Below are positions 19,102 to 28,477 of a stretch of 64,000 nucleotides of DNA, piece by piece. The DNA is taken from contig CDROCS010001089.1 in assembly GCA_977020255.1 (NCBI GenBank), positions 186,001-250,000 of the forward strand, read 5' to 3'. A program made the translations under genes and the position numbers. Source of the stretch: Obrimoposthia wandeli. Taxonomy: Eukaryota. Position 1 is the stretch's first letter, and each line of letters starts with the position of its first letter. Below the pieces are notes generated by a model. It was not told where the DNA came from. It saw only the letters and a list, made by a program, of their open reading frames with translations, and did no database searches.

Positions 19102-19581
19102 ATGATTACTTTTAGAGAATTGGAGCCTGAAGAGTTTACAAACTATAGAAATATTTTTGTTAAAGACTACAGTGAAGATTTATTAATAAATCACGGTTAT
19201 AAAATCCACGAAAGTATCAAAATAGCTGAGAGTTCGTTTCAGACCAGTTTCCCAAATAATGTTCCAATATCAACTGACAAAATTGTTTGTATCGTAACGG
19301 CTTCATCCACTGTTGGGTATCTTTGGTATAGCATCAATAAGAGTAACTCTAAGGCATTTATATGCGATTTTTTTATATTCGAAGAATGTAGGAGTAAAGG
19401 TTATGGCAAATCGGCAATAAATGTCCTGGAGTCTGAACTTTCAAAACAAAATATCAATTATCTAAGTCTTCGAGTTGCCTACAACAATCCTAGGGCATTA
19501 GAGCTGTACAAAAGTGTTGGCTTTAATGTTTCAGGTTATAACATGAGCAAGAGAGTCATACCATCTTGCTCCAAAACATAA
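19102..19581 (+). CDS. Integron cassette: GNAT acetyltransferase
   Basis: VGYLWY, RSKGYGKS motif A, LRVAYNNPRALELYKSVGF. Confidence 0.9.
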   Translation: MITFRELEPEEFTNYRNIFVKDYSEDLLINHGYKIHESIKIAESSFQTSFPNNVPISTDKIVCIVTASSTVGYLWYSINKSNSKAFICDFFIFEECRSKGYGKSAINVLESELSKQNINYLSLRVAYNNPRALELYKSVGFNVSGYNMSKRVIPSCSKT

Positions 19582-20140
19582 TCGTGTAGCTGAAAGTCTC
19601 TAACCCTCAGCCCCCACAACACCCTGCATGCCCTCTTTTCTGATATTGAACACAGGGCGTCACTCAGAATGATGAAGCTTAATCCAACCATCACGCAATG
19701 CATATAACTCCTGACGCTTTAAATAATCATTAGACAGCGCTTGATACTTTTTATACTTAGGAAAGCGGGAGTTTTAGAGCTACGCCATGGGCCTTTACTG
19801 GTTATTCCACAAGCAACTGCCGCTTGTATTCTAACGCCCAATCTCATCAAACTTCTTACTTTGGTACGCAGCTTCGCCATTGCCGCACCTCCTCATCCAA
19901 AGTAAGCGCCATAGGCACTCTTCGTCTAATCCGGTGATCCAGATCGACGCAAAGTTGATAGCAATTGGCGATACCAAAATAATTAATCCAGCCTCGTATA
20001 AACTGGCTGGTTTTGTAAAGCTGATATTTCATTACTCATTTTTTAAAGAAAGCCCCTTGTTTCTATTCGTTAAACGACGTACTTGACCACAACAACTCTC
20101 TGCTTAAATGCAAGCTAAGATTTCGCGCTCGGTTGAATAC
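19581..20140 (-). mobile_element. 3' remnant of a group IIC intron (frameshifted maturase/domain X plus domains V and VI)
   Basis: Minus strand encodes IRGWINYFGIANCYQLCVDLDHRIRRRV / KVRSLMRLGV..AAVACGITSKGPWRSSKTP / QALSNDYLK..LRDGWIKLH (stop 19660-19662), then CGCCCTGTG..CATGCAGGGTG (DV) and GGCTGAGGGTTAGAGACTTTCAGCTACACGAT (DVI, bulged A, 3' AT); far boundary approximate. Confidence 0.85.
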
Positions 20141-20321
20141 CACCAGCCCTAAAGGTAATTTGGCTAAAATATTATGCTAGTCAAAGCTGCTTAAATAACA
20201 GCCTGAATACCTTACTTGATGGTCCGCATTGTGTCATAGCAGTCATTTTTATATGCATAAACACCATTCATCCTGTATGAAATTTTATTAATCGACTGCC
20301 ATAGAACTGCATATTAAGCCG

Positions 20322-20720
20322 TTACCTCAAACTTAAGTGCATCTGTGCATTTAAGGTGTTACTCACGGTACAAATAGCTTTCGCCGCTTTTAACACGCTG
20401 GCTGCCTGCTCTGGATTTTCAGTAAAACTGCCATCCACCGCAATATTCACTGTGCCAACGCGTATCGGTAAATCAGCAGCACTTTCTCCACTTACCATTA
20501 CAGTGAAAGGTTGCACTGTTACTTTTTTTGACTTTGCTGCTATTAGTATCGATTTGGCAATACAAGCGCCGGCTGCATAAAGCAGTAATTCGGCTGGGGA
20601 ACAAATCGGTGGCGATTGTGAGCTAATGCTACTTTCTTCATTGCCAAAACTTAATTCACCAGCAGTGTCACAACGAATAAAAGCTGGGCCATAAGTTTTC
20701 GATTTTACTTTGACACTCAT
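20322..20720 (-). CDS. OsmC/Ohr family protein
   Basis: SPAELLLYAAGACIAKS and AKAICTVSNTL, two-Cys pattern. Confidence 0.85.
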   Translation of the reverse strand: MSVKVKSKTYGPAFIRCDTAGELSFGNEESSISSQSPPICSPAELLLYAAGACIAKSILIAAKSKKVTVQPFTVMVSGESAADLPIRVGTVNIAVDGSFTENPEQAASVLKAAKAICTVSNTLNAQMHLSLR

Positions 20721-20768
20721 TTTTCTACCTCTTTAGCATGCTTGCTTAAGTTGCTATTATTTGTTTTG

Positions 20769-20821
20769 ATTTATTTTAATTTCTTTCATTTATTTTAATT
20801 TCTATTATTTATTTTAATTTC
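20769..20821. repeat. Three 15-bp direct repeats at 19-bp period
   Basis: ATTTATTTTAATTTC at 20769, 20788, 20807. Confidence 0.8.
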
Positions 20822-20847
20822 AATTACTCGAAATAGTGATGAAGACA

Positions 20848-20876
20848 TTGACAACTTAAACCGAGCATCATAAATT
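20848..20876 (+). promoter_or_regulatory. Sigma70-type promoter for the leader/ABC-F transcript
   Basis: TTGACA (20848-20853), 17 bp, TAAATT (20871-20876). Confidence 0.65.
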
Positions 20877-20980
20877 AGTGTAGAGATGTTTAGTTACAAG
20901 TTATTTTTTTACACATTACTATTGTTACTTATAAAAAGGTTACTTATACCAATGTTACTGACACAAAAGGAGGATTTCTG

Positions 20981-21049
20981 ATGTTTTTAGAGCAGCTCGC
21001 TACTGCGCTTGTTTTATCTGATAAAACAGCTCCGTCTTATCGCCACTAA
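20981..21049 (+). CDS. Putative leader peptide (22 aa, MFLEQLATALVLSDKTAPSYRH) upstream of ABC-F
   Basis: AGGAGG at 20968-20973, 7 nt before the ATG; hairpins overlap and follow the stop; too short for the ORF track. Confidence 0.6.
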   Translation: MFLEQLATALVLSDKTAPSYRH

Positions 21050-21211
21050 CTGGATGTATAACAGACGGACTTAAAACTTAACACCCTGATTTTACGATAA
21101 TGTATTGCCAATTATCACTCAGTAAAATCAAGCAGCTACACCTCCCAACCTTATTCATCGCAGTTTAACTTCACCGTTAAATACCTGCAGGATTACTCCT
21201 GTCTTGAGAAG

Positions 21212-23008
21212 ATGAATTTTATGAATACTTTATTACAACTTATCAATCTTGGTTTTGCTTTTAACAGCCAATCGCTATTTAGTGACCTTAATTTAAACAT
21301 TAACAAAAACGATAAAATTGGCTTAGTGGGCCACAACGGTTGTGGAAAAAGCAGCTTACTTGCACTTATTAATCAAAAACTAACGTTAGATAAAGGCGAA
21401 ATACGCAAACCTCATGCGGTCACAACGGCAACAGTAGAGCAGTTTGTAGCGCAATCATTGTTACCGCTAAGCTTAGCTCGTGCTGTGAGTAGCGCTTTAC
21501 CCACGCAAGATCCTGCAGCCATTCAATGGCGCGTACAAGCTATTTTAATTGAGCTGGGTTTTAACGATCAACAGTTTGATATTACAGTACAAGCTTTAAG
21601 TGGTGGGCAGCAAAACTTGATGCTGCTCGCGCGTGCTTTTATTCAAGAACCTGATTTACTACTGTTAGATGAGCCGGGTAACCACATGGATATCTTGGCT
21701 ATGACTAAATTGCAGCACTTTCTTAAATTTAACTGTCGCTGTGCGTTTATGATTATCTCTCATGATCGATATTTACTAAATGAGGTGTGTAACAAAACGG
21801 TTTTTCTAAGAGATGGACAATGTCAAAAATTCGAGCTACCTTTTGATGCAGCAAAAGTAAAACTAGCAGAGCAAGATCAACAAAGCCAACAACGCTTAAA
21901 CGTTGAGCAAAAGGAAATTGCGCGCCTCAAAAGTAGCGCTAAGCGCTTGGCTATTCTGGGTAGAGAAAACGACAATGAAAAACTATCAAGGCAGGCTAAA
22001 TCGATCGAAAAAAGAGCACTTAAATTAGATGCCCAAAAAACCCATTTAGTCGCGCAATCGCCGCTAAAGCTGCAAATGAAATCGTTGGAGAAAAACGCAC
22101 TACACGCCAAAAAGTTACTAAGCATCATTAGTTGTAGCGTTCAGGTACCTAACTCCAGCAAAAAGCTATTGCACATCAATGAGCTAATCATAAAACCTGG
22201 GGAGCGTATTGCTTTGCTAGGTATTAATGGTGTGGGTAAATCTTCCATGTTAGAGCTAGTAAGAAAAGCTTATCACCAGCAATTTGCAAATCAAAAGGAA
22301 GCGCTAGTTAAAGCTGATCTTGTCCAAAATCAAATAACATTCAACCCACAAGTGACCTTCGGCTATTACGATCAAACACTACAATTGCTGAATAAAGCGC
22401 AATCGCGTATTGATTGGCTAAGAGAGCATTCAAATGCCACTGAAGAGCAAATTAAAAGCGCACTCATAAAAGCCGGCATTCACTATTTAGAGTTCGATAG
22501 GTTAGTGAACAGCCTCAGTGGTGGCGAAAAGTCACGCATGATGTTTTTAACCTTTACGCTTAATCAGCCTAACTTTATTGTTTTAGATGAACCCACTAAC
22601 CACATTGATTTAGCGGGTAAAACTCAGCTCTCGCAACAGCTAGTGCAATCGGGCGCTACGCTTTTTATCACCAGCCACGATCGTTACTTTTTAGAGCACA
22701 TCGCCACGCGCTGGTTACTGATTAAAGAAGGTGCTTTAGTTGAGCTTAATAGCGCTGACATTTTTTATCAGCAATTAATGCAGCCCCAAAATGACAAGGC
22801 AACATTTTCTAATCCTACTCATAACACCCTTAACAATTTCCATACAGAACAAGCAGTACCAAACATGAATGAACAACATCTACTTGAGCGTATTGAACTT
22901 CTCGAAAAGAAATTAGCCTTAGAGAAAGCACAAAAACGCACGCGCCAAAAACCAGCACTACAGCAAGCGCTGCAACTAGAATTAACCGAACTTTGGAGCT
23001 TAATGTAA
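21212..23008 (+). CDS. ABC-F family ATPase (ribosome-associated)
   Basis: Two NBDs (GHNGCGKS / LSGGQ / LLLDEP; GINGVGKS / LSGGE / IVLDEP), helical linker, no TM domain. Confidence 0.92.
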   Translation: MNFMNTLLQLINLGFAFNSQSLFSDLNLNINKNDKIGLVGHNGCGKSSLLALINQKLTLDKGEIRKPHAVTTATVEQFVAQSLLPLSLARAVSSALPTQDPAAIQWRVQAILIELGFNDQQFDITVQALSGGQQNLMLLARAFIQEPDLLLLDEPGNHMDILAMTKLQHFLKFNCRCAFMIISHDRYLLNEVCNKTVFLRDGQCQKFELPFDAAKVKLAEQDQQSQQRLNVEQKEIARLKSSAKRLAILGRENDNEKLSRQAKSIEKRALKLDAQKTHLVAQSPLKLQMKSLEKNALHAKKLLSIISCSVQVPNSSKKLLHINELIIKPGERIALLGINGVGKSSMLELVRKAYHQQFANQKEALVKADLVQNQITFNPQVTFGYYDQTLQLLNKAQSRIDWLREHSNATEEQIKSALIKAGIHYLEFDRLVNSLSGGEKSRMMFLTFTLNQPNFIVLDEPTNHIDLAGKTQLSQQLVQSGATLFITSHDRYFLEHIATRWLLIKEGALVELNSADIFYQQLMQPQNDKATFSNPTHNTLNNFHTEQAVPNMNEQHLLERIELLEKKLALEKAQKRTRQKPALQQALQLELTELWSLM

Positions 23009-23071
23009 GTGATTTACGCTGTAATTAAAGAGCTAATACTGCTATTAGGCAGCTTGATAGATGCATTAAAT

Positions 23072-23221
23072 CATTGCTGTCCGGTTAAAAAACGTAAACA
23101 CTCTAACTCATTGATTCGTGGTTTTCTAGCGTAGCCAATTAACATTTGTGGTTAACGTGAAATCAATGAGTTAAAGAACTAAGGACCCAAGGAACAACAA
23201 AAATAAAACCGGACACTAATG
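23072..23221. mobile_element. MITE family A, copy 3 (reverse, internally rearranged)
   Basis: CATTGCTGTCCGGTT...AACCGGACACTAATG; flanks GCATTAAAT / TTATTAAAT. Confidence 0.88.
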
Positions 23222-23535
23222 TTATTAAATAAAGGATTATTTGTAATTTAGGCAACCGTTTCCAACCCTCTAGCTGCCTCGCGGCAAACATTCTCAAAGC
23301 GCATCAATAGTCCGGTGCAATCTTTAGAATAGATCGCTAAATGGTCAACCCCTTTGTCATAACACTGATAAAGGGCTGGCCATTGACTTCACATCTAGCG
23401 CGGGTTTTAACTGCTTAATTCTCCATAGCAAACTTCTTGGACCTAATGCGCTACTTCTCTGACCTAACCAATGCTCATTGCTTCGCTAATGCCTTCCTTT
23501 AACTGCTATCATCATGTTTATACCTTACCTCCATT

Positions 23536-24432
23536 GTGAGTTTTATGAATATGAGAAAATTACCTGCGTTGCATTCTTTACGTGCATTTGAAGCCACCGC
23601 TAGATTAAAGGGTGTGCACAAAGCAGCACAAGAGCTCTGCGTGACTCATGGAGCCGTGAGTCGCCAACTCAAGCAACTAGAAGCTTGGTTGGGAGTTACT
23701 TTATTTGACCGAAGTGGTAGGACTATCAGTTTAAATAGCCAAGGCACAATCTATTTAAAAAGCATTAGTGCGGCCTTAGATTTAGTTGAACAAGCCAGCC
23801 ACAATATGCAGCATACTGCACCAACAAATGCTTTGGGTATTAGCACTACTCACTCGATTGCCAGCAAATGGCTCGTTGATAAATTAAAACTTTTTTCCCA
23901 ACATTCAACTACAGAAGTTTGGTTGGATCTTGAACAACGATGTATTGATTTCAATCGATCATCTGTCGACATTGCACTGCGAATGGGTTCAGGACCTTGG
24001 CCTGATTTACACTGCATCCCACTGTTAACTGATAAACTTATCACCGTAGCTAGCCCTAATCTTATCGCAGCGCCTTTAAAATGCATCACTGATTTAGCAC
24101 ATTTTAAACTGCTTCACGATCAAGACCCTTGCAGCCAATGGCTACGTCTATTTAATGAAAACCAATTACCATTGATAGATCTAACTAAAGGGATGCGCTT
24201 TAGCAGTAGCGATATTTTGCTAAGTAGTGCTATTGATGGTCAAGGTGTTGCCTTGGTAAGTGAGCGACTGGCGAGTAGTGATTTGGCACAGGGAAAGTTA
24301 ATTCAAGTAACGGCGCATACCATTAACTTAGGTAACTATTTTTGGTTAGTAATGCCCCGAGAAGCCTATTTAAAACCAAGGGTACGTGAGTTTTGTGACT
24401 GGCTGCAAAAAACGGCTGGAGCAACGTCGTAA
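23536..24432 (+). CDS. LysR family regulator (GcvA-like)
   Basis: LPALHSLRAFEATAR...VTHGAVSRQLKQLE; GQGVAL. Confidence 0.92.
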   Translation: MSFMNMRKLPALHSLRAFEATARLKGVHKAAQELCVTHGAVSRQLKQLEAWLGVTLFDRSGRTISLNSQGTIYLKSISAALDLVEQASHNMQHTAPTNALGISTTHSIASKWLVDKLKLFSQHSTTEVWLDLEQRCIDFNRSSVDIALRMGSGPWPDLHCIPLLTDKLITVASPNLIAAPLKCITDLAHFKLLHDQDPCSQWLRLFNENQLPLIDLTKGMRFSSSDILLSSAIDGQGVALVSERLASSDLAQGKLIQVTAHTINLGNYFWLVMPREAYLKPRVREFCDWLQKTAGATS

Positions 24433-24444
24433 GTCGTTTTTAAT

Positions 24445-24584
24445 CATTGCTAACGGCTAAAAGGTATAAATTCTCTAACTCATTGATTTATGATTAAAAT
24501 AGCGTTCTTCAGTGAAACAATACTGGCCGCTAACCAGCAGTCAATAAATTAGGAAGGCACAAAAAATCAAACCGCATAGCAATG
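24445..24584. mobile_element. MITE family A, copy 4 (degenerate)
   Basis: CATTGCTAACGG..., CTCTAACTCATTGATTT, ...AAACCGCATAGCAATG. Confidence 0.7.
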
Positions 24585-24650
24585 ATTTTTCACGATAGAT
24601 AAAAGCCCCAAAACGGCTAAAAATAGCAGATTGGGGCGCTAGGTATCAAT

Positions 24651-25394
24651 TTAGAAAGTGTAACCGAAACCGACGAAAGACGTCCAAGTGCTACTCTTAT
24701 CTACGATAGATGAGTCTTTAATCTCTGAACTTAATTTAGTAAAAGTAGTACCGTGGATTATTTTCATTTGCTTATTGATCGGATAAACAAAGCTATACTC
24801 TATATAAGGATTAACTGCGCTACCCGCCTCGTATGCGGCACGCGTTGTAGTCGCTTCATTTGCACGTACACCATAGTAATAATCGGCAAATTTAGCGCTT
24901 TGAAATTCCAACCCAACTGCCGGTTGCAAATAACCACCTAGCATAGGCATATTGTAATTGTAGTTCACATCAAAGGTATAACCCCTATGTGTAGAGGATA
25001 CATCGCCCATTAATGTGGCTTCTAACGCAGCTGCTTCGCCCATAGCATATTCCACCTGCAAACCAAGGTCGATGCTTGAGTCACGATCTTTTAGGCCTGC
25101 GAACGCTTTTGAATCATCTTCATCAAAGCCACTGCCATTTACACCGAGCACCGCTGAAAGCTTAACCGGTGATTGCTCATTATTAATCAAATCAACCTTA
25201 AGGCCAGAAACCCCAACACTAAATCCATCTCCTTCATATTCAACTATCGGTAAAGCGCCTGATTCATCTTTAAAATCGGTGTATGGAGATTTAGAGTTGT
25301 ATCCACCAAAACCTAAAGTAAAATCGCCTGCCTGAATTTGTGTAGTCATTGCTATAGGTAAAATAGCTAGAGCAACTAAGTTATTTAATTTCAT
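24651..25394 (-). CDS. MipA/OmpV family outer-membrane protein
   Basis: Signal peptide, ALPIVEYEG, YADYYYGV, C-terminal GFGYTF; start set at MKLNN behind GAGGTGA (ORF track starts 25445). Confidence 0.85.
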   Translation of the reverse strand: MKLNNLVALAILPIAMTTQIQAGDFTLGFGGYNSKSPYTDFKDESGALPIVEYEGDGFSVGVSGLKVDLINNEQSPVKLSAVLGVNGSGFDEDDSKAFAGLKDRDSSIDLGLQVEYAMGEAAALEATLMGDVSSTHRGYTFDVNYNYNMPMLGGYLQPAVGLEFQSAKFADYYYGVRANEATTTRAAYEAGSAVNPYIEYSFVYPINKQMKIIHGTTFTKLSSEIKDSSIVDKSSTWTSFVGFGYTF

Positions 25395-25463
25395 AATATT
25401 TCTCACCTCATAAGTTAATGAGGCTATGGTACTTAGTTTAAACAACAGACAATATCGCTGCTT

Positions 25464-25477
25464 TGTATCTTTTTGTA
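25464..25477 (-). promoter_or_regulatory. Candidate RstA-type box (TACA-N6-TACA) upstream of the mipA-like gene
   Basis: Minus strand GATACAAAAAGATACAAAG; RstA/RstB-like pair adjacent. Confidence 0.5.
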
Positions 25478-25485
25478 TCCTGAAT

Positions 25486-25635
25486 CATTGCTGTCCAGTT
25501 AAAAAATGTAAGTTATTTACTCATTGATTTATGGTTTCTAGCATAGTTAATTGGATTATTTCAGCCAAATAACACTTATGGTTAACGTAAAATCAATGAG
25601 TTATAGAACAACAAAAATTAAACCGGACACTAATG
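25486..25635. mobile_element. MITE family A, copy 5
   Basis: Family ends; flanks ATCCTGAAT / ATCTTGTAT (7/9). Confidence 0.88.
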
Positions 25636-25644
25636 ATCTTGTAT

Positions 25645-26922
25645 TTACACTTTTAAGGGTAAATAAAGACAAACCGAAGCTCCGCCTAATTGGGATTGAG
25701 AAATAAAAACTTTGCCTCCATGCTGATGTACTATACCGCGAACAATTGATAGACCTAGACCATGCCCCCCAGAGCTGCGAGTACGTGCATCATCTAAACG
25801 CTCAAAAGGCTCAACAATACGACTGCGATCAGCTTCTGGAATGCCACTTCCATCATCATCAACACAAATAACAGCGTAATTGTCACGGGTAAAATAGCGG
25901 ATTTGAATTTGATTATTAGCGTGTATATCGCCATTGCGCACTAAATTACTTAAGGCGCGCATCAATAGCCGAGAATCAAACTGTAGTGCTATTTTTTCCC
26001 CAATTTCTAAGGATAGTGACTTTTTACAGCAGCGCTGTAAAATAATTCTATGATCATTTAACCAATTACCTAACTCGTAATTTTCTGGTACAAAAATTTC
26101 TTCATTAAGCTCCATTCGAGCATAACTGAGCATTTCATCTACGAGTAAATCAAGCTCTGATAAATCTTCTTCAATTCCGTCAATATATTGATTGTGCTCA
26201 GTTTCTTCTATTCCATATTCTAAAAGCTCTGCTTGGCAGCGCAGTCTAAAAATGGGTGTGCGCAGTTCGTGTGCTACCGCATTTGTTAAGCGTTGGTGGC
26301 TGCCAATTAGCTGCTCTATTCGCTCGGCCATTTTATTAAACGCAGCATTTAACCCCCCTACTCTGTTCCTGTAATGCACCGGTACGCGGGTGGTGAAATC
26401 CCCATTGGCAATTTTGATCGCCGATAGCTCCAATACCTTTAATTTACGATGTAAAAAGTACACCCACAGCGCAATGATAAAGGCGATGGTAAAAAAGAAA
26501 CCTGCCATATAGATATTACCCAAGGTACGCTCTGCCTGCCAACGCCTTGATTCTTTATCCGGCTCTACACTGTATATTTTTCCTAGCATTGTAAAATACA
26601 CCGTAAAATCTTTACCAAATTTGGATTCAACATAAGTATCTTTATCTGCTAATTGCGGCAAATCACTATTTGGTGAGCTACTAAATTCTTTAAGAATAAG
26701 ATCTTCTTCAGCCAGTGCTTTGTACAATGATTCAAGCATTACTTTTTCACCGGCAATGCGGTGTATTACTGTGGCTAGCTCTGAATAAGCTTTAGTCGAT
26801 TTAGTAATACTTTCTATTTCTACATCGTAGTAGCTTTTGCTGGTCACATAATCGATAGCAAAAAAAATGCCAAACACAGCACCGATAATAGTGAGATATA
26901 ATGTAAAAAATAAACGTGCCAT
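25645..26922 (-). CDS. Sensor histidine kinase (RstB-like)
   Basis: Two TM, HAMP, AVAHELRTP H-box, NLVRNG, DDDGSGI, GHGLGL. Confidence 0.92.
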   Translation of the reverse strand: MARLFFTLYLTIIGAVFGIFFAIDYVTSKSYYDVEIESITKSTKAYSELATVIHRIAGEKVMLESLYKALAEEDLILKEFSSSPNSDLPQLADKDTYVESKFGKDFTVYFTMLGKIYSVEPDKESRRWQAERTLGNIYMAGFFFTIAFIIALWVYFLHRKLKVLELSAIKIANGDFTTRVPVHYRNRVGGLNAAFNKMAERIEQLIGSHQRLTNAVAHELRTPIFRLRCQAELLEYGIEETEHNQYIDGIEEDLSELDLLVDEMLSYARMELNEEIFVPENYELGNWLNDHRIILQRCCKKSLSLEIGEKIALQFDSRLLMRALSNLVRNGDIHANNQIQIRYFTRDNYAVICVDDDGSGIPEADRSRIVEPFERLDDARTRSSGGHGLGLSIVRGIVHQHGGKVFISQSQLGGASVCLYLPLKV

Positions 26923-27160
26923 ACTAGTTTGAACCTATTTTTTGAATAGTTATGAGCTGTAAATAGCAAGTTGCTACAATGCTACATATTACTAGTTTCG
27001 CACAGCCATGTTGAAAAATCAGTCTATGAATGTATCGGTTTGTATGCTCTGTTTGTGTATAGAAGGTAAGTTACTTGCAAGCGAAAATCTTGGTGAAGTC
27101 GGTATTATTTAACATTACTATTCGTTTAAAAATGTAAGCTGTACTTGGCTAGCACGCCAA

Positions 27161-27886
27161 TTACCATTCGTTCGCCACCAGTAAATAACCTTTGCCACGC
27201 AAAGTAACAATGCGTTTAGGGAAAGCGGGATTGTCTTGCAATTTTTTACGCAGCAGTACAATTTTATTATCGATGGTGCGGTCAATACCGTCGTAATCAA
27301 TACCGCGGGTTAATTTAACTAAGTGTTCTCTAGATAATACTTGATCAGCATGCTCTACCAAAATAAGCAGCAAATCAAACTCACTTGGCGTAAGACTCAT
27401 CAACTCGTCATTGAGATAACAACGCTTGGTTAGTTTGTTTAAAAGTAACGCACCCAGTTGTGTGTGGTTGGGGTCTACGGCGGTGTCAACACTCTCTTGA
27501 TTAGCATTTGAATTAGCGGCTTGCTCCTTACGACGCAACAACATGCGGATTCTAGCTAGCAGCACGCGAGGTTGCAGAGGCTTGCAAACGAAATCATCAG
27601 CGCCCATTTCCAGCGCGGCCACTTGATCCATATCGTCATCGCTGGCAGTTAAGATCAGAATCTTACCTTCAAAATCAGCACGAATCTCTCTACAGACACT
27701 CAAGCCATCCATTTCGGGCAACATCAAATCTAAAATAAGCAAATCAGGATTATGGCTCTGCAATAGCCCTTTGGCATCAGTGCCCTTATGGCCAACTTCC
27801 ACAGAAAAACCATTGCGCGTTAAGTATAAACTGAGCAATTTAGTGAGTTTTTCATCATCTTCTATTAATAAAATCTTTTCTGACAT
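27161..27886 (-). CDS. OmpR-family response regulator (RstA-like)
   Basis: LIEDD, LDLMLP, GADDFVCKP, winged helix RTID...TLRGKGY. Confidence 0.93.
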   Translation of the reverse strand: MSEKILLIEDDEKLTKLLSLYLTRNGFSVEVGHKGTDAKGLLQSHNPDLLILDLMLPEMDGLSVCREIRADFEGKILILTASDDDMDQVAALEMGADDFVCKPLQPRVLLARIRMLLRRKEQAANSNANQESVDTAVDPNHTQLGALLLNKLTKRCYLNDELMSLTPSEFDLLLILVEHADQVLSREHLVKLTRGIDYDGIDRTIDNKIVLLRKKLQDNPAFPKRIVTLRGKGYLLVANEW

Positions 27887-27963
27887 TACACTGACCTGAT
27901 GCGTTATGTTGCTATTGCTAACGATTAATTAAGACGGATTGTATTAAAGGAGCAGCGAACCAG

Positions 27964-28323
27964 TTAAATCATTACTTTTTGGTAGCTTTCACGATCAATA
28001 TCTAACACTTCCACCGATAAACTTAAAGCTTGGTGGCGCGGCGGTTGTTGTTGCAAAAACAGCGTAATAGCCGATAAAACGCTGGCAGATAAGTGTTTCT
28101 TTTGCGCCCCATCGCGCCCACTAAGAATTTTAAGCTGCACGTGTACTCCACTGTTTTTCGTATAGCCTATGCGCTGCTGATCCACGGTAATTATACGAAC
28201 TTTAATATCATCTGCGCTGAATAATTCGCTAGCCAGTGCTGCATCAAAGCAGGTATCTATCAATTGTTGTGAGTTGATGTGAGCTAAAGCTTCAGATGAA
28301 CATTCTATAATACAATGCGGCAT
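27964..28323 (-). CDS. 5-carboxymethyl-2-hydroxymuconate isomerase (CHMI) family tautomerase
   Basis: N-terminal MPHCIIE catalytic Pro, DIKVR, HVQLKILSGR. Confidence 0.85.
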   Translation of the reverse strand: MPHCIIECSSEALAHINSQQLIDTCFDAALASELFSADDIKVRIITVDQQRIGYTKNSGVHVQLKILSGRDGAQKKHLSASVLSAITLFLQQQPPRHQALSLSVEVLDIDRESYQKVMI

Positions 28324-28477
28324 TGCAACTTTCCTTATCCATGATAATAGCAGATCAGCATAGTGAGTTGCTTAAAACAGGTCAAGCGATGCTTGCTAAG
28401 CCCGTTATTGTTAAAAATCATCTTCCTAGGTTTAAATAATACTAAGGAAGATGATGAATTTAATAGCTAATTTTTAC

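Noticed and set aside
15900-19600. CRISPR array
   Set aside because: The recurring elements are dissimilar palindromic attC sites separated by gene-sized inserts; no identical repeats with 30-40 bp spacers and no cas genes
19880-20086. 68-aa plus-strand ORF
   Set aside because: Antisense shadow of the group II intron maturase remnant
23240-23515. Decayed gene divergent from the LysR at 23536
   Set aside because: Short protein-like stretches broken by stops on the minus strand; family not identifiable
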